This document shows positions 58,061 through 64,000 of a stretch of DNA of 64,000 bases, in pieces. How positions within the stretch are numbered: position 1 is the stretch's first letter; each line of letters opens with the position of its first letter. The DNA is taken from NCBI GenBank assembly GCA_008632985.1, contig QPGO01000213.1, positions 1-64,000 on the forward strand, written 5' to 3'. The notes under the pieces are model-generated. The model was not told the origin of the DNA and did no database searches. It worked only from the letters and a program-made list of their open reading frames with translations. The stretch comes from Psammoneis japonica (taxonomy: Eukaryota). The position numbers were made by a program, and so were the translations under genes.

Positions 58061-60532
58061 CTACCCCATTTGGCAATCATTGGTTCGACAGGTGCATTGC
58101 ATAATACAGCTCACCAGGACGGTTTTGAGATTGTACCGTGTTGCAAGCTCACAGAGTGGAAAAATACCCGTAAAGCGAGTGTGAAGCAAATCCAAATATC
58201 GTAAACGCCTTAGCGCATTCAGTTCTGTAGGAATGGCTCCAATCAGTTCCGTAGCTCCCAAGGACAAGTCGACTGTGAGACAAACATCGTAAGGAAATGT
58301 GTAAGAGCTTCTCGTATTCTTGGAGTTCGGTAGTGACTTCCTTCATATTTATACTCACCCAGAGATGATGCGAGCCCCAATTCCCTTGGAATCGTGGATG
58401 TTAGAGCATTGAAATTGAGAATCAGCGATTCTATTTATCGACAAAAGTACAATGGTGAGTACTGGAAGAGTGAAGCTAGTAATTGCACACAAAACGCCTC
58501 ATGGTCATACCTAGATTTGTCATTTGCCCAACTTGAGTTGGAATGCTCCCCCAAAACTCATTGCTTGCCAAGGAAATTGACACTTCAAGACAAAGGGCAA
58601 GGTACTCCAGTGAGAAACAAAAACGGAGAGACTTGCCGCTTACACGGAGTACTCGTAGGACTTACACGCATGCGTCAAATTTGTCAAGACGTGCTCCAGG
58701 TTGCCTTCCAGATCGTTGGACGACACGTCCAGAATGTCGAGATTGCTAAGCGATTCGATTGGAAGCCGTGAAATCAAATTGTTGTGACTTAAGTCTAAGG
58801 ATGCTGTAATAACATGTCAAACGGGGAGTTTGACGTCATTAGTGAAGATCGTTGACATGATGATTGGTTCTTATCAACACCTACAAAGCTTACCTAGCTG
58901 CGAAAGCTGTGACATGGAAGGCGAAATGGGTCCCTCCAGTTCACAAGCACGCATGGAGAGCATCTCTTTTCATTCAAGGCGAGAACAAGAGGGAATGAAC
59001 GTAAGCGCAAGGTGCCATGCGATAAATTAGAGCAGCTATTTTCACTCACCTAGTGACGTTAGCTCGTATATCACAGATGGTATGGTGCCTGAAATAGTAT
59101 TCTCATTGAGGTTCAAAGCAACTGGAATATAAAAAAGAGGAGGTAGGGGCATCAGCACAAGCCATCCAACGATAATACTGGGACGAACGAGTCATTTACC
59201 TAGCTGGTTGAAACTGCGAAGCTTCATGGGAATGTCAGTAATGGAATTGCGTGGCAGATTCATAGAATGCATCATCGACAATTCATGCAGTTCTTCAGGA
59301 AGAGCTCCACTAATCCGATTTCCGTTGTTTCCAGTGTCGAGTTGAATAACTTCTCCCATGGAGTTGCAAGAGACAAACCTCCATTCGCATTCACCGATAT
59401 CAGGACTCAACCAGTAGCGATCATTAATCCACATTGAGTCTCCTCCAGTGGCATAATAGAAAACAGCCATGACATAGCGTTGGACGAGCTTCTTTACATC
59501 GTCGCCCAGTCCGTATTGAGCTGCCCAACCAATTCGTGAAAGCTTGTCTGTGTTCACTAACCAATAAAGTGCCTTCTTTTGAGGGGACTCATCTGTGTCT
59601 ATCAAGCCAGGATCGGACACTTGTTCCGCCATCTTTAGGAACACCGCTTCTCGTACTTTGATGTCATCAACAATCGCAGACCCGCCGCCGCCGGCAGCCC
59701 GTCCTGTATCATCTGTCTCGCCGTAATCCTGAGACGAGGACTCCTCTGTTGACATCGTCTTCGACGATGACCCCGTTGACAGTGTCACAGCAACAGTAAT
59801 CATAATGACGAATACCAACACAATGCTAGCAATGCCAGCTATGGCACGTCTCTTGTCCCACCACTTTGAATCGTCCGTACAGAGCTCATCCGTAAACTCA
59901 TCATCCAAAGTGCTACCATATGAATCGTAAGTCTCTACAACGGCTTCAGGTTCTACGTGGTGTGTGTCTTGGAACGAAGACCTAAATCTATCGTTGCTTG
60001 TGAGCGCGGCCTTGTCAAGCGGGGTCTCTTCTTCGGTAGCTGACACCAGTACAGCCCCTGGAGCAATCGCATCTGGAGAGTAGCCCAATGCGTCATTACT
60101 GGGCCCAACATCATCAACGAATTCTTGTGGGTCCTGAGCTCCACATGAGTTCGTGCTTGAGCCGTCATATTTGTGCAGCTTGTCGCGGTAGAACCTGAAT
60201 TGCTTGTACCTGCTGGTGCTATTGGAGGTGGCTTGACCGCCAACAGAAGTCTGCTTATTTACGAGCAGATCCGATCCTGAAGGTCGAGGGTCATGCGATA
60301 GACTAGTTTCTGCTTCATGTTTGTAAAGCTTGGCTCGATATCTCCCGACTTTTGATTGACTTTTTGCTTGATTTTGCATCGCCGGCGGGGATCGAGAAGG
60401 TGCCATGGATGGATAGTGACACAAAGTTTCCGACGAGCGCTTGGAATGCTCCTGATTTTTTATGGGAGCATTGTAACTCTCAGGTTCTTGTACAGTGGGT
60501 AATGATGCCAAGTCACTGATACCACGGTCCAT
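58061..60532 (-). CDS. Multi-exon LRR receptor-like membrane protein (diatom type)
   Basis: Transmembrane segment, SPQKKALYWL, LVQRYVMAVFYYATGG, WLS..ECEW.FVSC, then plant-type LRRs (ISGALPEEL, LIGAIPTEL) in short exons; internal exon boundaries not resolved. Confidence 0.8.
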
Positions 60533-61217
60533 CTTTCTTTTTCAATTCGAGATCAATTCTTTACCTTCAGTTGCACAGTGCAGCATGGTGGGCACCTGGT
60601 GAGTGCCGGACTCACGATGTGAGTGAAAGCTTTTACAATAGCCCCAGCATCGAAATGACCTTGGAAATGACTGTCCATTTTAAATAATTTATTCGGTTAC
60701 ATATCTTATTTTTATTCAAAGTCATCAGGAATTTGAAAAAATGGAGTCATTAGAAAGATTTCGCAGTTTGAAGTTGGCGTCCGGCCACCCACACACCTCG
60801 TCGAATTCGTCCTCGTTTTAGCCCTATGAATAGGGCCCTAGACTACATGCTCTCGGGATATTTTCGATTTTCTAGAGTCACGACTGCCGTCCAGTGAGAG
60901 GTGAGCCACAAGAAGTTTCGCTGCAATAGAAGTGCGTGATAATACAAGAGTACTACTAGTACATACAGTCGCGGCACGACATCAGAGGAAGCCCTATCCT
61001 CATAAATCGCACTCGGCTCCAATCTAGCTTTTTAACTCTAGAACGAATTGAAGACAGTCGAAGTAGGTTCCTAATTACGGTACCTCAACTCGAGAAGCTT
61101 ATCAGTGCTTTGTTGTTGTAGCAGAGTGCTCTCCATGAAACGACCACGTTCGGAGCAGGAATTAATGTTTGTTTAACGACGCGCGCGTCTCACTTTTCCT
61201 ATTTCACGATTTCGCGC

Positions 61218-62669
61218 TTAATTCTGCTTCTTGTCCTTTTCAACCGGAACATCACAACAGGAGCAATCCTCTTGTTGATTCTTGCTCACTCTGGCGCGAC
61301 ATGTGCTAGCAAACCCAACCACAAGCAGCAAGCTTGCAATCCACGGACTGGCGGTGACATACCAGCTTGGCATGGAGAGTCCCATGGCACCATCATTATT
61401 GGCAGCCTCCTTTTCCACCAACATGTCTACACCGGTGGCATCCACAAGATATGACAATACAAGCGCCGCTCCAACCAGCGCAACAGCAACTCGCAAGACT
61501 GCTCGCTTATCGTTTTGCTTTGACGCTTGCATCAACAAAATCAGACTGGGCAAGTTTGTGGCGGGTGCGGATAGTAAAAAGCTAAAGGCAAGACCCGCGG
61601 ATCCTCCGGCTTGTTGAATGCCAGCCGCAAGCGTGACTGTGGTGTGTTCGCACAGCTGCAGCGGCAAGGCCGACAAGAGCACGACCATTCTCACAAGAAA
61701 CGGACCAATGATTGTGTTCATGGTATCGCCCAGTATGTTTTCGTACACGTTCGAAAGCGACGGTAAATGGTGAACGACAGCCGTGCTAAAGGCAAGTCCA
61801 ATAAATACCATTGGGAAGATCTCCCAAGCAGTTTCGACAAGCGTCGAAAGAGCTTTGGAATGGCTCCAGATGGACTGCCTGTGTCAGCATGCCTTTTTGC
61901 TTTTGTATCCTGATATCCTCCTGTATGACTTGTAGTAGACTTGGTTGTGGTTTTTTTATTCCCCAGAGCCATACCGACAGCTACCGCCAACACGACAGCC
62001 CCTCCCAGCCGTGCAAGTGCCGCCATGGGTCCCAAAAGGCCCCACGTTATGGCGGCACTGTCCAATCCGGCAGACTGCGAGGCTGTCAAGAAGGCAAGTG
62101 CCGAAGCAAGTGGTACGCCATTGGCCACAAACCCAGCTGCAATTGGTAGAGCTCCACACGAACACAGTGGTGTGGCGAGACCCACAAGCGCCGCCTTGGT
62201 TAGTGATCCAGACAGTGATTTCGCAACGAGTCGAGCGGCAATTGCAACACTTCCAATACCGCCGTCAAGAGAACTCCCAAAATTACCCATGGAACCGCTT
62301 GCATAAGTTCCGATAATAGCTTGTTCCAGTAGTTGATCGGAGGCACATAATTGGGATTACGAATTGTCCGGGGTTGCCACTTGTATTCTGGGTTTTCAAT
62401 ATGCCTGGTTGCCACTCGCCATCGTCTTCTTCATCCCAGTCAGACGGCATGACAGAGTCTGGATCAGGAATCCATCGCAATTGTCCCAAGCACTCGTCGG
62501 GCGGCTGCAAGTCGGTTGGATCGACAATAAATTCTTCTTGTGGAGCAGCAGCAGCAGCAGCAGCAAGTTTGTGTTTGCAGCAGGATTCATGAGCAGACGC
62601 AAAGCAAAACGATAACAGCACCGCTGCAATCATAAGAAGGTGGTAAATGCGAAACTGTGGCTTTCTCAT
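61218..62669 (-). CDS. ArsP/DUF318-like permease with a signal peptide and an N-terminal calreticulin-type P-domain repeat; three apparent 1-nt frameshifts
   Basis: WIPDPDSVMPSDWDEEDDGEWQP..IENPEYKW..I.NPNY; TPLCSCGALP and PLQLCEH...FLLSAPATNL permease motifs. Confidence 0.7.
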
Positions 62670-62759
62670 TGTGCAAACAAACAATGCCTTCACACAGTAA
62701 CACGCAGGCTGATGACTGTTTGCTCTACGAGTTCGTACGTAATGAGTTTCTGCGTTTGC

Positions 62760-64000
62760 TATAGTTTGCTGTGAATAATCGCGCTCTCGCGCTGCGAGCT
62801 CTGGAGCAACTGGAGCGCAAATTCCCTCCGGGTGCTCTGAGTGCTGAAAGCAGGCAAAATGAGGTGATGACGACTTCATCGCGAATCACGACCAATCTTG
62901 TCATTGTGACATCATTTGCCGAGTGCGACCCCCCTTCCAGAGCACAAACCCACCCCAAAAGCTGTGCTTCACTCAGCCAAGTTTCTTGGCTGAGGCTCCT
63001 GTTGCTCAGGTTTTTGTTCACTGTGGTGCCTGGCCGATTGGCCAGAGAACCTTTGAGGTGGTGTGGGTCTCTCACTTCAGACAGCGGGTCTCCTGGCAGC
63101 AACAGCTGCTCTCAGTTTTGACCAGCCCTGCTCTCATGGCTTCAAGCCATGGCTTGAGATTTGAGTCACTCAAAAACAGCTCCAACTTTTTTGGCTCTGC
63201 ACACATTCAGCGAAGGAGAAGCAGGCCCAAGGGTTCTTGACACCCTCACCTTGTTGACTTTGCCCTCATCAAGTTGCGAGCCAATGTGTTGGCTGCTTCC
63301 TCTGTTGTCAGGTCCAGACTCATGCACCACCCCCTCATCACACCTGCTCCCATGGGAGACAGGAAATCTCACAGTCTTCTGTGCATGTTGAAGCTTGCAT
63401 GTCTCTCTGGCTCTGCTCATCTTCCAAAGTGAAGTGGCTGCCAGCCACTGTGCTGCTTGAGCTCCTTGTGAGTGTCGTGCTTCTGTGCTGCATTGTCAGC
63501 TTACATGCCTTGCCAGTCTTTGCACTGTGCCAGCAGCAGGCACAAAGAAAACAAAACAGAGGCTCAAAATCTTGTGCTCGTGGCACATGTTCTCTCTCAC
63601 CGCACAAGTGTTTCACAGAAAAAGCCTGCAGTCTTTGTGAGGGTTGCTCCTCTGACTCAACTTCCCCAGGAAGACAACACAGGCTCTCATCAGCAGACTC
63701 TCCTGTTGTCTTACAAAAAATCTCCTCTGGCCTGTCCTCTTTCTGCAAATGCCGCACTGAAGTGCTGAGTGCCTTTTTGGCATCTTGAGTTTCTTGTGCA
63801 GCAAGGTCTGGCCCAGAGCACGCCCCACAACAAAGGCTTTGCACAAGCTCTCTCAATCCTTGCTCATCAGCATGCTCCAAGAAAGCAGATGCAGCAGAAA
63901 GCTCTGCAGCTGTTGCAGGCAACAAGGATGTGTGTGCACCACAGGCAAAATGGCAAAAGGGTTGTTGTTGCCAGTCTTTGCAAATGACTGGCTGCTGAGT
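62760..64000. other. TpA-depleted degenerate domain (runs off the right window edge)
   Basis: TA is nearly absent after about 62780; overlapping Cys/His-rich ORFs. Confidence 0.85.

Overview
Eukaryotic, intron-containing sequence, almost certainly from a diatom (CoDi-type copia gag, diatom-style LRR receptor-like and ankyrin proteins). Ordinary host genes (IPI1/TEX10-like, TLDc, LRR proteins, a permease, membrane proteins) alternate with transposon-rich blocks. The dominant signal is four sharply bounded domains (about 1-1040, 21012-30170, 36400-51437, 62760-64000) that have lost most TpA dinucleotides. Paralogous pairs inside this window show the direction: TA in the copy outside the domain is TG or CA in the copy inside it. 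This points to a repeat-associated, RIP-like A:T->G:C hypermutation at TpA, layered on CpG decay. It turns Tyr into Cys/His, turns GTAAG splice donors into GCAAG, and cannot create stop codons. Other notable items: a near-intact Zisupton/KDZ-type transposase with an adjacent hairpin-rich candidate structured RNA, several MITEs that bound or post-date the mutated domains, a duplicated head-to-head cassette (conserved gene plus conserved intergenic spacer) paired with different repeat-domain proteins, an MCM4 pseudogene, and a calreticulin-P-arm/permease fusion. All calls were made by eye; no searches were run.
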